A stretch of 63,262 bases of DNA, counting the filler, from Reclinomonas americana ATCC 50394 (taxonomy: Eukaryota): NCBI GenBank assembly GCA_048213135.1. It is 3 parts of 2 records of this genome, joined end to end, with 100 filler letters (N's around TTAATTAATTAA, not from the genome) between each part and the next. Parts side by side here need not be neighbours in the genome. Positions count along the whole stretch, not along the records: positions 25,961 to 55,967 come from PS015106.1; 2 more parts are not named here. One strand, given 5' to 3'. The translations under genes were made by a program, and so were the position numbers. Under the pieces are notes generated by a model, which saw nothing but the letters and a program-made list of their open reading frames with translations, did no database searches and had not been told where the DNA came from. Shown here piece after piece: positions 27,029 through 39,362 of this stretch (position 1 is its first letter; the number at the start of each line of letters is the position of its first letter).

Positions 27029-29715
27029 ATGCGCATGCTGTTGACTCGCCTGTGCGGTCGCCGCCTCTTCTCGTCCTCGGCGGCTGCGCGCAGTGCCAAT
27101 GTGCCCGCTGTGATGCCGAACAGCAGCACCTCCTCCTCTGACACTCCGCCCGAGGGCCCTCCAAAGCACATCCCCACTGGCAAAGAGGTGGCCGACGCCG
27201 CCTTTGCCACTGCGCGATCGCACGTGCGCACCATGGCGTTTGCGCCACAGCCGATCCTCACCTCGGCGCAGCAGGAGGAGGCCTCGATGCCGCGAGTGCG
27301 ACCGACAGCGTTGCCGTCGTTGCAGTCGCTGCCGGTGACACTGAAGGATGTGCGCAAGGCACACGCGGCCATCAGTTGCGCGCGTGTGTGTGAGCGAGTG
27401 TGTGTGTGGAGTCTGCATTTGGTTGCTGATTGCGTCGTTGATCATCAGAGTCGTCGATTTGCAAGACCGAGCTCAAGTATAGCTTCCACCTGTCGAACTT
27501 GTCGGGTTGCGAGGTGCTGCTCAAGTTGGAGAACACGCAGATGACGGCCTCGTACAAGGAGCGTGGCGCGTTGAATAAGCTGTTGGTGCGAGCGGTGTTG
27601 TACGGATCTTCGTGGATTGTTTTCGAACTCGGCTCATGTTGCTGGCGATGTGGTGTGTGTGCGTAGAGTTTGACTCCGGAGGAGCGTTCGCGTGGTGTCA
27701 TTTGCACGTCTGCCGGCAATCATGCGCAGGTGAGTGTGTGTGTGTTGGTGGAGAGGGAGATCCGTGTTCCGCGGACAGAGATATATCTGCTGTTGTTGGT
27801 TGCAGGCGGTGGCGTACCAGGCCAGCCGGCTCGGAATGAAGGCCACCATTTGCATGCCACGTACCACGCCGTTCACCAAGGTGTGTTTCCCGCGGGAGTG
27901 CGCTGGCATGCTTGTCGGTGACTCACACTTGCAACGGCCCAACAGGTCAGCGGCACCAAGCGATGGGGCGCCAAGATCGTGCTCAAGGGCGATTCGTTTG
28001 ACGAGACCATGCAAGAGAGTCTGCGCATCCAGAAGGAGGAGGGCAGTGTGTTCATCCACGCGTTCAACGATCCTATGGTCGTAGCTGGTGCGTTCGGGAT
28101 GATGATGTCGTGCTTCACGCGCGCACACTCACTGACTTTTTTTGTTGCGCAGGTCAAGGCACTGTGGCGCTGGAGGTGTTGGGTGAGTGACCTACTAGAT
28201 ATACATGTGTTGTGCAACGATGATGATGATGATCGACTCATATCTCGCACCTGGCACAGAGCAAGACCCGTTCATCGACAGGTACTTCTGGTTGGCCATT
28301 ATCTCTCAGGGAGAGTCGCTTTGCGTTCTCACTCGTGCTGCGTAGTATCATTGTCCCCGTCGGTGGTGGTGGTCTAGTGGCTGGCATCCTGGCCGTCGTT
28401 GCGTTCTTGGCTTGCATCGCATTCCGCATGTCTGGTGGACCGCTGATTCTGTGTGATCGTGCAGGTGAAGGCCGTCAATCCGCGCATCAAGGTCGGCGGC
28501 TTGAACACCGTGTCCTCTGCTTCCCTTGCCCATTACTAACTTGGCATCTCTGTGGCAGGTTTACGGAGTCGAGTCGGCGCAAATGGCTGGCATGGTGCGC
28601 AGGATGTGGTGCAAGCGAGCGACGGTTGACCGCTCTCTTTGTCACTCACGCATCACGTTGTGCAGAAACGGAGCATGGCGCGTGGAGAGGTGACTTCTGT
28701 GGCTCCTCGGTGCGTCACCTTCTTGACCATTCGCCGCCAAGATGCATGTGCTCACCGCATACATTTTCTCCTCCCGCAGCAAGACAATCGCCGATGGTAT
28801 CGCCGTCGGAACCGTGGGCAAGGTGCGTGTTTCTGTATCTCATTAAGCCCCGGAGCTGGCACCTCACCGCTGAACTGCCCTCCCAGATTCCTTTTGACAT
28901 TATCTTCCCGTACCTCGACGAGCTGGTGTTGGTCGACGAGAACGACATCAGGTGTGTCATTAAGATTTTGCTTTCTCGCTTCATCTCTGCTCAACTGTCG
29001 TCGCGTGCAGTCTTGCGTTGCTGAAGCTGCTGGAGCTGGAAAAGACTCTGGTGGAGGGCTCGGGTGCGGCCGGTGTCGCTGCGCTGCTGAGTGGTCGCCT
29101 GCCACTGCAACCGGGCGAACGGACCGCCGTCATGTGCACGGGCGGAAGTTGCGTTAGTTTCACATTGCTATGGATCGTCACTCTGTTTTCGCTCACCGCC
29201 ATCATAACCCCCCAGATATCGACATGGCTGTGATTGGCAAGGTGCGTGGGGCACACCTAATGTACCACATTGTGGCGCTCACAGTTCTTATTCGATGCAG
29301 ATTATCGATCGTGGTCTCGTCAAGGTCTCGCACCAACTCACCCTGCAACCACGCACATGTGTTTTCACCTCGCCTCACTTGCTCTTCCTCTCGCACGCAG
29401 GATGGACGCCTCACGCGCTTCATCTTCACTGTGCCCGACGTGCCGGGCTCGCTCGCCAATGTTCTCTTCTTCCTGGCCGACCAGGGTGTCAATGTGCAAG
29501 ATGTTGGTGAGTTTTGCCCATCCGAGCTGTTTCCACGCCGTTGCGTTTGACGACTGAATCGCCACACCCTCGCAGCACACGAACGGTCGTTCTACGACGT
29601 GCCTGTGGGCTTCACGCAGCAGATTGTCACGTGCGAGGTGCGCGGCCACGACCACATTGCCTCAATCCTGGAGGGACTTAAGACCCTCAACATCAAGTAC
29701 GAGGTGGTGCTGTAG
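27029..29715 (+). CDS. Threonine dehydratase/deaminase (PLP-dependent, single C-terminal ACT domain) with mitochondrial-type presequence; 17 introns
   Basis: LKLENTQMTASYKERGA (PLP lysine), SAGNHAQ, VAGQGTVALE, VPVGGGGLVAG, TIADGIAV, VEGSGAAG, TGGNID, ACT domain VPDVPGSLA...HERSF; N-terminus MRMLLTRLCGRRLFSSSA. Confidence 0.95.
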
Positions 29716-30149
29716 TGGGACNNNNNNNNNNNNNNNNNNNNNNNNNNNNNNNNNNNNNNNNNNNNNNNNNNNNNNNNNNNNNNNNNNNNNNNNNNNNNNN
29801 NNNNNNNNNNNNNNNNNNNNNNNNNNNNNNNNNNNNNNNNNNNNNNNNNNNNNNNNNNNNNNNNNNNNNNNNNNNNNNNNNNNNNNNNNNNNNNNNNNNN
29901 NNNNNNNNNNNNNNNNNNNNNNNNNNNNNNNNNNNNNNNNNNNNNNNNNNNNNNNNNNNNNNNNNNNNNNNNNNNNNNNNNNNNNNNNNNNNNNNNNNNN
30001 NNNNNNNNNNNNNNNNNNNNNNNNNNNNNNNNNNNNNNNNNNNNNNNNNNNNNNNNNNNNNNNNNNNNNNNNNNNNNNNNNNNNNNNNNNNNNNNNNNNN
30101 NNNGCACGACACAAAAAACAATGCAAAAAACACGCACGAGACACGCAAC

Positions 30150-31023
30150 TAATGTCCTTGACGACCACCATCTCATCGGCCTCGTCCTCAAACACAGCGT
30201 CGTTCAACACCTCTGCCACCACGGTCAACAATCGCAACAGACACACGCACACACAAACAAAGAGGCGACCACACACCAATCGGATCTTGTTGATAGCCCT
30301 GTGCTCCATACATCAGTCACCGTGGAGAGCAGGCACACACAGAGAGAGAGAGACACACACACATACCTTGGTGAGGAAGCACAGAGCCTTGGCCCAGCGA
30401 TCCGGCGTCTTCAGCAGTCCATCGCGCTTCACATCCTCACCAATCGCCGACAAGATCTTCACACACGTGCACAAATGAGTGACAAGCAAACACGCACACG
30501 CACACACACACACACGCACCTGTTCGCCTGCCTCTCGCAGTGCCTCCAGCTTGGCCTCTGGCACATCGCCCATGGACAGCGAGGGTGCCGCGAGTGAAGG
30601 CGAGCTCTCCTCATCACCCTCGCGACGCATGGCTGCTTGTCGATGCGCGTGGTTGTGCTGACCGTGACGATGTGCAGGCGACGATGAGCTGCTCTGCCCC
30701 GAGCTCTCCTCTGCGTGCGTGCGTGAGAGAGAGAGTGTCAGTGCATGTATGTGTGAGAGAGAGTGTATGTGTGTGCGCGCAGACAAACCGCCGGAGAAGT
30801 CGTCAATGGAGCGCGACTTGGTGAAGGCACTGCGCTGCTGTTGTTGTTGTTGTTGGTGAAGAGGGTGTTGGTTGTGTCGCGGCGCTGGAGGCGACGAGGG
30901 TCCGCGCAGAGGCTGCTCGAGGGGGGAGAGTGGAGATGCAGCAGTGTCGGAGTCGTGGCCGGCGGTGGCCTCGGCCGGTAGTGAGATGCTGTCGCCGAGG
31001 CGAGTGGGTGCGGGGTCGCTCAT
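30150..31023 (-). CDS. GCH1: GTP cyclohydrolase I (5' half; remainder in N gap)
   Basis: ILSAIGEDVKRDGLLKTPDRWAKALCFLTK|G...VLNDAVFEDEADEMVVVKDI is diagnostic of FolE/GCH1. Confidence 0.92.
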
Positions 31024-31154
31024 GGTTGGTGGGGAACGGAGAAGGTCGGAGTGCGCGCGGGGGTCGATGAAGTGTGTTGACTATGCGGACAATTTCACAC
31101 CGGTATCTCTTCGTTCCCGCTAATGCACTTCATTCCTTCTTTGTCGATGCGTGG

Positions 31155-34100
31155 TCACTTGGGCTTGGCCACCGAGTACGTCGGGAACGGTGGCTGCCAG
31201 TCGCCGCCGGGTGCGCGAGCCGCTGTCGTCGGTGGGGCGGATACAGGAAACTGCAGTGGCTGTGACAAGGCCGACGGCGGGGTCACTGCCGATGTCGGCT
31301 GCAGTGATACCGGTGAGCGCTGGTGCGACAGCAGTGTGATTCGGGCAATGCCGAGAGAGGCACAGTAGACGCGGTGATCGCCGTTGGCCCAGTCCTGCTG
31401 CTGGCAGTGGCGACTGCAGTAGCGCGCAACATGGCACCGCGAGCAGCGCTGCAGCACACAATTGCCGCTGCCGCACGACCAGCATAGCCGCTTCCACCGC
31501 GAATTGGCCGATGATCCACTACCGCTTGCAGCTGCTGCAACTGCCGCCGCCGCCGCCGCCGCCGCAGAACCCGACGCCGGCTCCACCTCCGCCTTGCTAA
31601 CATCTGTTGTTGGGACTAGTGTCGTCGACGCAGGTGTCGTTGTTGGTGTTGATGCTGTTGCGGCTGTCGTCGCTGTCGTCGTTGTTGTGGTGGTGGTGGT
31701 GGTAGTGGTGGTGGAAGCGGCCGAGGTCGCAGACGTCTTTGACGACATGCTCAAGCCGGCTGCCGCAGCAAATAGTGCGTACGCTGGCGCCTCGCGTTCA
31801 CGATATCGCTGGCGCTGGGCGGCGCCACTGGAGATGGCCGACATGGCACTCGGTCGGCTCGGGTACGTGCTCGGGTACACGTACAACAGACCTGGGCGAT
31901 GCACGCCGGGGACATGCATCAGCGCCGGCACCCATCGTGGGTCACTGGCAGGCGCCGGCGATGAACCGGGAGAGGCATCCAGGCCCATAGCAGTCACCTC
32001 TGCTGCCGCCGACGGCGGCACCACACGCGACACAATCTGCTCGTACAGCGGATCGGTGTGTGGCAGCGTGTTGGAGCCCTCTGGCACGCGCACGTTGACA
32101 GCCACCGACGGCACATGCGCCTCGCTCGCTAATGGCGGCAGTGTGGGTGACGGCGGTCTCACGGGCGGAAGAGATGCGAGCGCTTGTGCGGAGAGTGAGT
32201 GCGATGCGGGTTTGCTGTGCACGCCGTTGACGGTCGACGAGAGCGTGATGGTGGCGCGCACCGGCTGATCTGATGCACTTGCGACAGCCGGCACCGCTGC
32301 ACACAGAAATAAGGATGAGCGCTCGACAAGAGGTACAGTGGAGACACCAACGCCACCAACCTGCGGCTCCGTTCACCGGGGCCTTGCCCGTCTGGGAGTT
32401 GGAGACGGCAACTGCAGCAGCAGCCATGGCTGCGACCTTGGCCTGCAACGGCATGTTCATGTTCGACGAGTGCCGCAGCACCGCAGACGACACGGCTGCC
32501 ACTGCCGCCACCAGAGCCTCGGATTCTGTTGAATTCCACAATGGCTCCAACTTTTTCAGCGCCGCCGGTGGCAACGAGGCCACCAGCGACATGATGGTCT
32601 CCGAAATCTCCTCATCCGGCAACACAATCGACCCCGGTGTTCCTGCCACAGCGTTTTCGCTGAGTGCATGCACCACGCGATCGGAGCAGACGGGAGAAAC
32701 GAGAAAGAAAAGACAAACCCTCCGCCGCAGCGGCCACTGCCAGCTGCTCAGCACGATCAGTCAGCGTCCGCGTCGCCTGCTCCCAACTCTCCGTGGCTAC
32801 ACGATGATGAAACAGGTGAGCAGCGAGAGAATACTCTTTCAAAACATTTCGACGAACACAAACGCAACGAATGGCATTGATGATTTCGCAAATGGAGGAC
32901 GGTGTGAGCCTCGGTGAGTCCAGCAAACGAATGAATGGCTCTTTCGCGGCCGCCGGTGCGGCTACCTCAACCGGTCCAGCTGCTGCCGGTGGTGGCGAGG
33001 CGACCGGCGGAGTCGGAACGGGTGCAACAGGTGGCGGCCGATTGCCGACGCCGTGCCGAATGATCGAGTCTCGCAGCCAGTCCACCAACGGTTCGCCAAG
33101 TGTCTCAAACTATGTGCATGCGACCACAAAAATGAGCACCGCATGGCGACCCCTTGTCTCTAACTGCCGAAACTCACCACGCCCGTATTGAACACATCCA
33201 CTGGAACTGTTCGCAAACCGAGATCGACAAATGTGTCCACCAGCACACGAAAGTCGGCGTCGGGTCCGTGCGGATGTGATTGCGCAAAGGGATCGCGTTC
33301 ACATCGCTCGCACTTGGCACCGCCAGCTAAACACGTCACCACCGACGACTGTAGCGCGGTGAGGAAGAGCGACTTGAGCACTGGTGGTGAGTAGTCCAGC
33401 TCGCCATCCGTGCCGGCCACGGTGGGTGGCGACGGGTCCAAAAGCAAGAGATCAGGCAACTCCTCAAAGATGGCTCGCATCTGCCGCCAGTACCCTTGCG
33501 TCACACACATTTCTAGTGGCGTGTCAATCGCCTGTGCGCCGCCACCACCACCACAAATTATTTGAGGGACTCCAGCATCGCAAGCATGTGCGCTCTCTGT
33601 CTAGCCACTCACCGCACACGCTGCACGGGAGCGACAATCCACGCAGTTCGAGTCGTCCGAGTCGTGTGGTGGTGGCGTTGGGTGCGAATGTGGATGAGCG
33701 CCAGCACGAATGAGTGCACGAACAATGCTCACATCACGCCCGTAGTAGCACGCCAAGTGCAGCGGCGTGTACTGCGAAGATGGGGAGGAGGTGAGTCGAA
33801 GAGCAGGAGCAAGAGCGGCATGGCGAAGAGCTGCCTCACCCCCGACACATTGGCCAGAGTTGGATCGGCGTTGTTGGCAATCAGCACCGTCACATGTCTA
33901 TAGGTACCGTACATGACTGCCTCGTGCAGTGCATACCATCGACCGGGTTTGATGGGCTGGCTGACCAAAAAGGCGCCCGCCTGTGTGATATGTCTCCGAT
34001 AGTTGTCGAAATCGACCAATTCCCGATCGCCCAGCAACGTCGACTGGCCCAGCACCGACGCCTCGTCTGGTCGAAGATGATACGCGGCACACAGTGTGTG

Positions 34101-34946
34101 ATACGTGAGACGAACCCAGCGCAGTGCATTTGGGAAGATGTCCCACAGTGACGCATGTGAGCTGTGTGTCAACCTCACGCAAGTAAGACACGGTTCCACA
34201 CCACAACAATGACGACAATGACGACGGCCAAGTAACTTGGTGTAGGCCAGCGCCGTCAGCCACGAGTTGGGCGGTCCCAGATGGCGCGGCTCAGGCAGCG
34301 GGCATGAGCCCGCCGGTCGCTGGTGCACCAGTAACCGGAACGTAGGGTGACAGTGGATCATGGCAAACACGCAGGCGCCACGCACAGTGACGACCTTTTC
34401 GAGGATCTCGTCTTGCTCCTGTCCGTGTGTCGTGTGAGCACAAGAAGGGGGAAGCACAACTCACAAGTGCGATGCGCAACAGTGAGGGCAGCCAGCTTCT
34501 GCAGCGACATGCGTGGCGGCACAAACTTGCGCTCCCCATGCAGCACAAAGTCGAGCAGCACCTGATTCCACATCCAGTAGCATTGCGTCTCCGGACGGGC
34601 AAAGAGCGCCGCGTGCGAGCGCATGAACGAGGCCGCCTCCTCAAACTTTCCCAGTCGCATCAGCACCTCCGGCACACTGCAAGCGCACAGTGAGCGAGAA
34701 GAGCACGTACAAGCGCCCACACACGCGTCAGCACGAAACTTGAGACTGTACACGCAGTCTGGCAACCCCAACCCACCCCCCTTGTTGTCAGCACCGACAG
34801 CAACATAACAACAGAACAACAAGAAGAAACGCACCGCTGTCGGTCACACTCATGTACTTGCTCAGCGCATCCTCGTACCGCCCGATGCGACGCAGCGCGT
34901 TGGCCACACAGTGAATGGCGCGCGGGTCACGCGTGTTGCCCAGACG
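31155..34946 (-). CDS. TPR-like + ankyrin repeat + C-terminal MYND zinc-finger protein (5' end in gap)
   Basis: MYND: CWSCGSGNCVLQRCSRCHVARYCSRHCQQQDWANGDHRVYC; ankyrin: ALHEAVMYGTYRHVTVLIANNADP and YTPLHLACYYG; TPR-like helices ANALRRIGRYEDA and LMRLGKFEEA. Confidence 0.8.
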
Positions 34947-35434
34947 GNNNNNNNNNNNNNNNNNNNNNNNNNNNNNNNNNNNNNNNNNNNNNNNNNNNNN
35001 NNNNNNNNNNNNNNNNNNNNNNNNNNNNNNNNNNNNNNNNNNNNNNNNNNNNNNNNNNNNNNNNNNNNNNNNNNNNNNNNNNAATGTGCCGCACAAGCAG
35101 GGGAATGGCATACTGAGAGAGAGAGAGAGGAGGGACGCAACGAGAGAGCACGGCCTCCATTCACAAGTGTGTAGTGTGTGTGATGAAAGTGACGTCATCT
35201 CGTTTGTCCCCATCACAAAATCACACACTAGTCAAGGTGAGCTGCCCGTGCCGCTCTTGGCTCACACAAGCACACCAGGCACTCTACTCCTGCTCTTCCT
35301 CTGCTCCTCTCCCTCTTTCACGCTTGTGGTGCTGTGTCGTGGGTGTGGTTGTGAGGGCGATGTGCATGTCTACATGCGCCTTTGTTTGGCACTCGCTCAC
35401 TCACTCTTTCTCTTTGCGTGTGCGCGCGCAACAG

Positions 35435-36268
35435 ATGCCGAAGGAGATCAAGGATATGAAGAAGTTTGTCCTCCTTGCGAGGAACAACGCCAAGAGTTGG
35501 GCAAGAGTGTTGCTGTGTGTGCGTGTGTGCCGCATGTGTGCGTGATGGCTGCTCACACACTCGTGCACAGCGTGCAAGATCAAGCGCATCAAGGGCAGCG
35601 AGGCCACCAAGTTCAAGGTCAGTCGCTTCTCCGCGTGTAGTTGCTTCTCTTTTCTGTCACTCTTGAGAGAGAGAGAGAGAGAGAATGAGATCCCCTCTTA
35701 ATGGTGACGTTCCTCGCTCCACACTCTTCTGGCACACGCGCACACACACATACACGCACTATATGTGTGTGTATGTGTGGGTGTGAGTGCGTGTGCAATG
35801 CGTGTGGGCCCATGAGGATCGGCAAGGTTTCCGGAGGGGAGAATAAGCAGAGAAGACGCAAGTCTCTCTGGTTCTTTTGCTGTGACGCCCTCGCCCCTGC
35901 GTGCGTCTTCTCTCGTCGTGTTATTGTGGGGAGTAGTTCTGGTGCACGGATCGTGCCCGGGTAGCTCGTGGCATGCACGCAGTAGAAGCGCTTGGCAGAC
36001 CAGAGGCACAGTGGAGATACATGATCACTTAATCAATCGCGCATGTCATGACACTGATGATGATGTGTGTGCGCGTGCAGCTGCGCTGCGGACGGTACCT
36101 GTACACACTGCTGGTGGAGGACCTCAAGAAGGCCGACAAGCTCAAGGGCGTGTTGCCGCCGGGTGAGTCGTCTGCGCTTGCCACCGTCGTCTTGCTCACT
36201 CACTCACCGCGCTGACTGTCGTGTGCGCGTGTGTATTATCAGGCCTGAAGAAGGTCGAGATCAAATAA
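35435..36268 (+). CDS. RPL38: 60S ribosomal protein eL38, 4 coding exons plus a probable 5'-UTR intron ending immediately before ATG
   Basis: Spliced [71 protein letters not shown]. Confidence 0.95.
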
Positions 36269-36610
36269 TCACTTCTGTGGATCATGGTGTTCGTGCTCGG
36301 AGACGGGGATGGAGGAGGAGAGTGAGAGAGAGAGAGAGGAGAAGGGAAGGGAATGAGGGGAAAGGCATGCGTTGTATGCAGCAGGACCAGGGTGGGAGCG
36401 GAGAGGCGACGTTGTTGTTTGCTGGCTCCTCACTGTGGCCTGCGTGTGTGTGCGTGTGAGTGCCTCTCTCTGTGTGTCCTGTCCCTCCTCGCTTTGTATC
36501 TCGCTGCCTTCCTTGTCTTCGTTTCGTGTGGAGTGAAGAAGGCGTCCTGACGGTGTGCAATTGCATGAGAGTGTCCTCTTCATTATTCTACCAACACACA
36601 CTCGCCGGAA

Positions 36611-37881
36611 ATGGGCAGTTGTATGTGCTGTGCCTCGACAGTCAAGGGCGCACCGCTTGTTCCTCCCGTGCCCGCACTGCTGCTGCAGTCGTCGACCGAC
36701 GATCGCCACGTTCTCATTCAACGAAACCTGAGTCCGCGTCGCGCGGGCGGAACCGACGATCGCTCCTCTGCTGCTCACACACCACTGAGCGAACTCGGCA
36801 GCGATGTGCACTTGCAGGCTCCACGGGTGCGTGCGTGTGTGTGTGAGCCACAGAGGAACCAATCCACAACTGAAATCGCATTGATGTACACATGAAGGGG
36901 GCACGAGAGGAGCAGAGTGGAGAGAACGCAAAAGAGGAGGAGGAGGTGATCGAGGGACCGTATGTGCAGGTGACAAACGGTGCCGACGGGCAACGGAGGC
37001 GCATTCCGCTGCGAGGTATGCAAACCACTCTCTCTGTCATTCTGTGCATTGCTGCTGATCGGAGAGTGCCACGCAGAGGGCATGTCGGTGCGCGATCTGA
37101 AGAAGCGCGTGTCGGCGGCGTTTGGGGTACCGCTGGATAGTGAGCGACTGCGATGCGCGCGGAAGGCGCTCTCGGATGACTATCGTCATGTCGAGTCGTG
37201 TTGCGTGCAGCTTGCTCGTGGGAATAGCAGAGGAGTAGCCGACGCTGACATGTGTATTAGATGGAGTGCAGACGCAGGGCGAGGGTCTGGTGTCGGAACT
37301 GACGCTGGTGCGTGCCTTGTTCTCGATATCTCTCGTCGTAATGCTCACTCTCTCCCCACCTGCTGCAGGAGATTGTCGAGACGCACCAAGTGAGTGGAGG
37401 TCACTGGTCTTCGCTGTGCGCCCCCCTTTTTCCCTCACATCTTGAGGCGACGCAGATTGCCATCACCATTGTCACCGGCAGCGGCGATCCGCTGTCCTTG
37501 TTTGTGCGCGGTTCGTGCTGCTGTGGCAGGTTGGTTGTGCGCGGCCGCTCATCGATGCAGCTACACAGGATCCGATACGGTGGACGACATACGATCGCGG
37601 GTCGAGGAAGCAGAAGAGCGCCCGGCCGACACCTTTGACCTGCTGAGCGCGAACAACCAGGTGAATGCGACAATGCCGTGTTTTCTCTCACGCAACTTAC
37701 TGGCTGACTGACTGTCGGTGCACCGGCACAGCTCGAGTACGACCGGAGTCTGCAGGACCAGGGCATTGGCTCTGGCGCCGTGCTGCAACTGGTGGATCGA
37801 CAAGACAGATTATCCGAGTCTGCCGATCTGTCGTCCACGGCATCTGCTCCCGACGATCCGGTGGAGCCACCCGAAGAATGA
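36611..37881 (+). CDS. Protein with N-terminal MGSCMCC acylation motif and two ubiquitin-like domains
   Basis: UBL1: VQVTNGADGQRRRIPLRE|GMSVRDLKKRVSAAFGVPLDSERLRCARKALSDDYRHVESY|GVQ; UBL2: IAITIVTGSGDPLSLFVRG|SDTVDDIRSRVEEAEERPADTFDLLSANNQ|LEYDRSLQDQGIGSGAVLQLV. Confidence 0.75.
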
Positions 37882-37989
37882 AACCACCAGCCGCCTCATC
37901 ATCAGTATCAACGACAACAACAACAACAACAGCAACAACACATCTACGAGTTTATTAGAATTCCTCCCACCTTACCCCCCCTTCCCCCT

Positions 37990-39362
37990 ATGCACGCAGC
38001 GAAAGAGACGCAGCTGTGCCTCTTCGGCGACGAAGCAGCGCAGCACCAATTGCGGAAGTGGTTCGTGCTCATCTGCGACGCGCTCCGTCATCTCACGCAC
38101 GGCCTGCACAGCATTGCGTGCGGCCACCACTTCCAGCTCGAGGTGCCACTGCGCGATCCAGTCGCCTGCGCAGTGGAGCGCACAATGAGTTGGTGATCTT
38201 GTTGTTTTTCATCTTTTTCTGGCACGACTCACCCGGAAGCCACAGTCGCACGGTGCCGTCCTCCGAGCTGCTGATGATACGACCGTCTCGCAGAATGACC
38301 ACCGAGAGCAGCCAGCCAGTGTGGCCACTCAAAATCGCCACGCACTTGCCACTGGCCGCGTGCCACACCCGCATGGTTGCATCTGTCGACACCGAAAATC
38401 AGCACCGGCAATTTTGCAACAGTAGGCGATGCATGTACACACCAAAAGAGCCACTGACGACATGGCGGCCATCGGGGGCAAACGCCACATGATGCACCCG
38501 CTTCTCGTGTCCGCACAGCAGTCGTTCCTCCCTGCGCTGCGTGTCATGCAGTCCGACGGCACAATTCCACAACCCCAATGCCAGCGTGCGATCGTCGGGT
38601 GACAGCGACATGGACCACCAACGCGGCGGTCGCACAGCGTGCATGCATGAGCCGCTCTCCACGTTCCACCAGCGCACCGTTTCGTCGCCGGAGCCACTGA
38701 CGACAAAGCGATCGTCGTGCGTCACGCAAACCGCGTTCACATCGTTCGTGTGGCCCTGCAACACGCGAAGACATCGACCCGTGCGACTGTCCCACACACG
38801 CACCGTGGCGTCCACTGATCCGCTGACGACAAAGCGACCGTTGTGCGACACTGCAATCGCACGGATCGCTCGTCGATGACCAGGCGACGACCAGAGTTGT
38901 CGAGCGACGCCGCCGGGCGCCATCAGATCCCACAATGCCACCGGGCACTCGCGCGAGTCATCCATGTACGTGCCTGCAGCACAGGCCAGCAGCGATCCGT
39001 CGACGGGCGAGAAGGCGACGCGAACGCACGGGAGTCCGCTGTCGACCGAGTGCAGCAGAGCGGCATTCTCGGCCACAAAGATTTGCACGTTGCGATCGCC
39101 AGTGGCCATTGCCAGCAGCTGTGCGAGTGTGTGTGTGAGAGAGAGAGATAGAAGGGGAAGGGGAAGGGGGGAGGGCAAGAAAAGGCGTGTGAACCTGTGG
39201 TGTGCCGACAGAGAGGGCTAAAAATGGGACCGAGTTGAGCGCGGAGAAGAGTGTGATCGACTTGCTCTGCAACTGCGGTGCATCGTGATACGACAGTCGG
39301 CATCGCCGACCGTCTTCGTCGGTGAGCTCAAGTGCCTCCTCGACTCCACCATCGTCGGTCAT
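37990..39362 (-). CDS. WD40-repeat protein (ends approximate)
   Basis: Repeats GHRRAIRAIAVSHNGRFVVSGSVDATVRVWD, GHTNDVNAVCVTHDDRFVVSGSGDETVRWWN, GHEKRVHHVAFAPDGRHVVSGSFDATMRVWH, GHTGWLLSVVILRDGRIISSSEDGTVRLW. Confidence 0.9.

Noticed and set aside
12579-29215. Reading the GTTGCG introns as non-canonical G|TTGCG...AGN| introns
   Set aside because: Shifting both junctions by one base destroys conserved residues (e.g. TGGNID would become TGGSID) and loses the AG acceptor; the GT-AG placement fits better.
35176-35232. Box C-like GTGATGA with flanking GTGTGTGA/TCACACAC inverted repeat upstream of RPL38 as a C/D snoRNA
   Set aside because: No properly placed CTGA D box, and the pairing is largely explained by TG/CA microsatellite composition.
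37990-38196. Independent 68-aa + strand ORF
   Set aside because: Better explained as the antisense of the last exon of the - strand WD40 gene.
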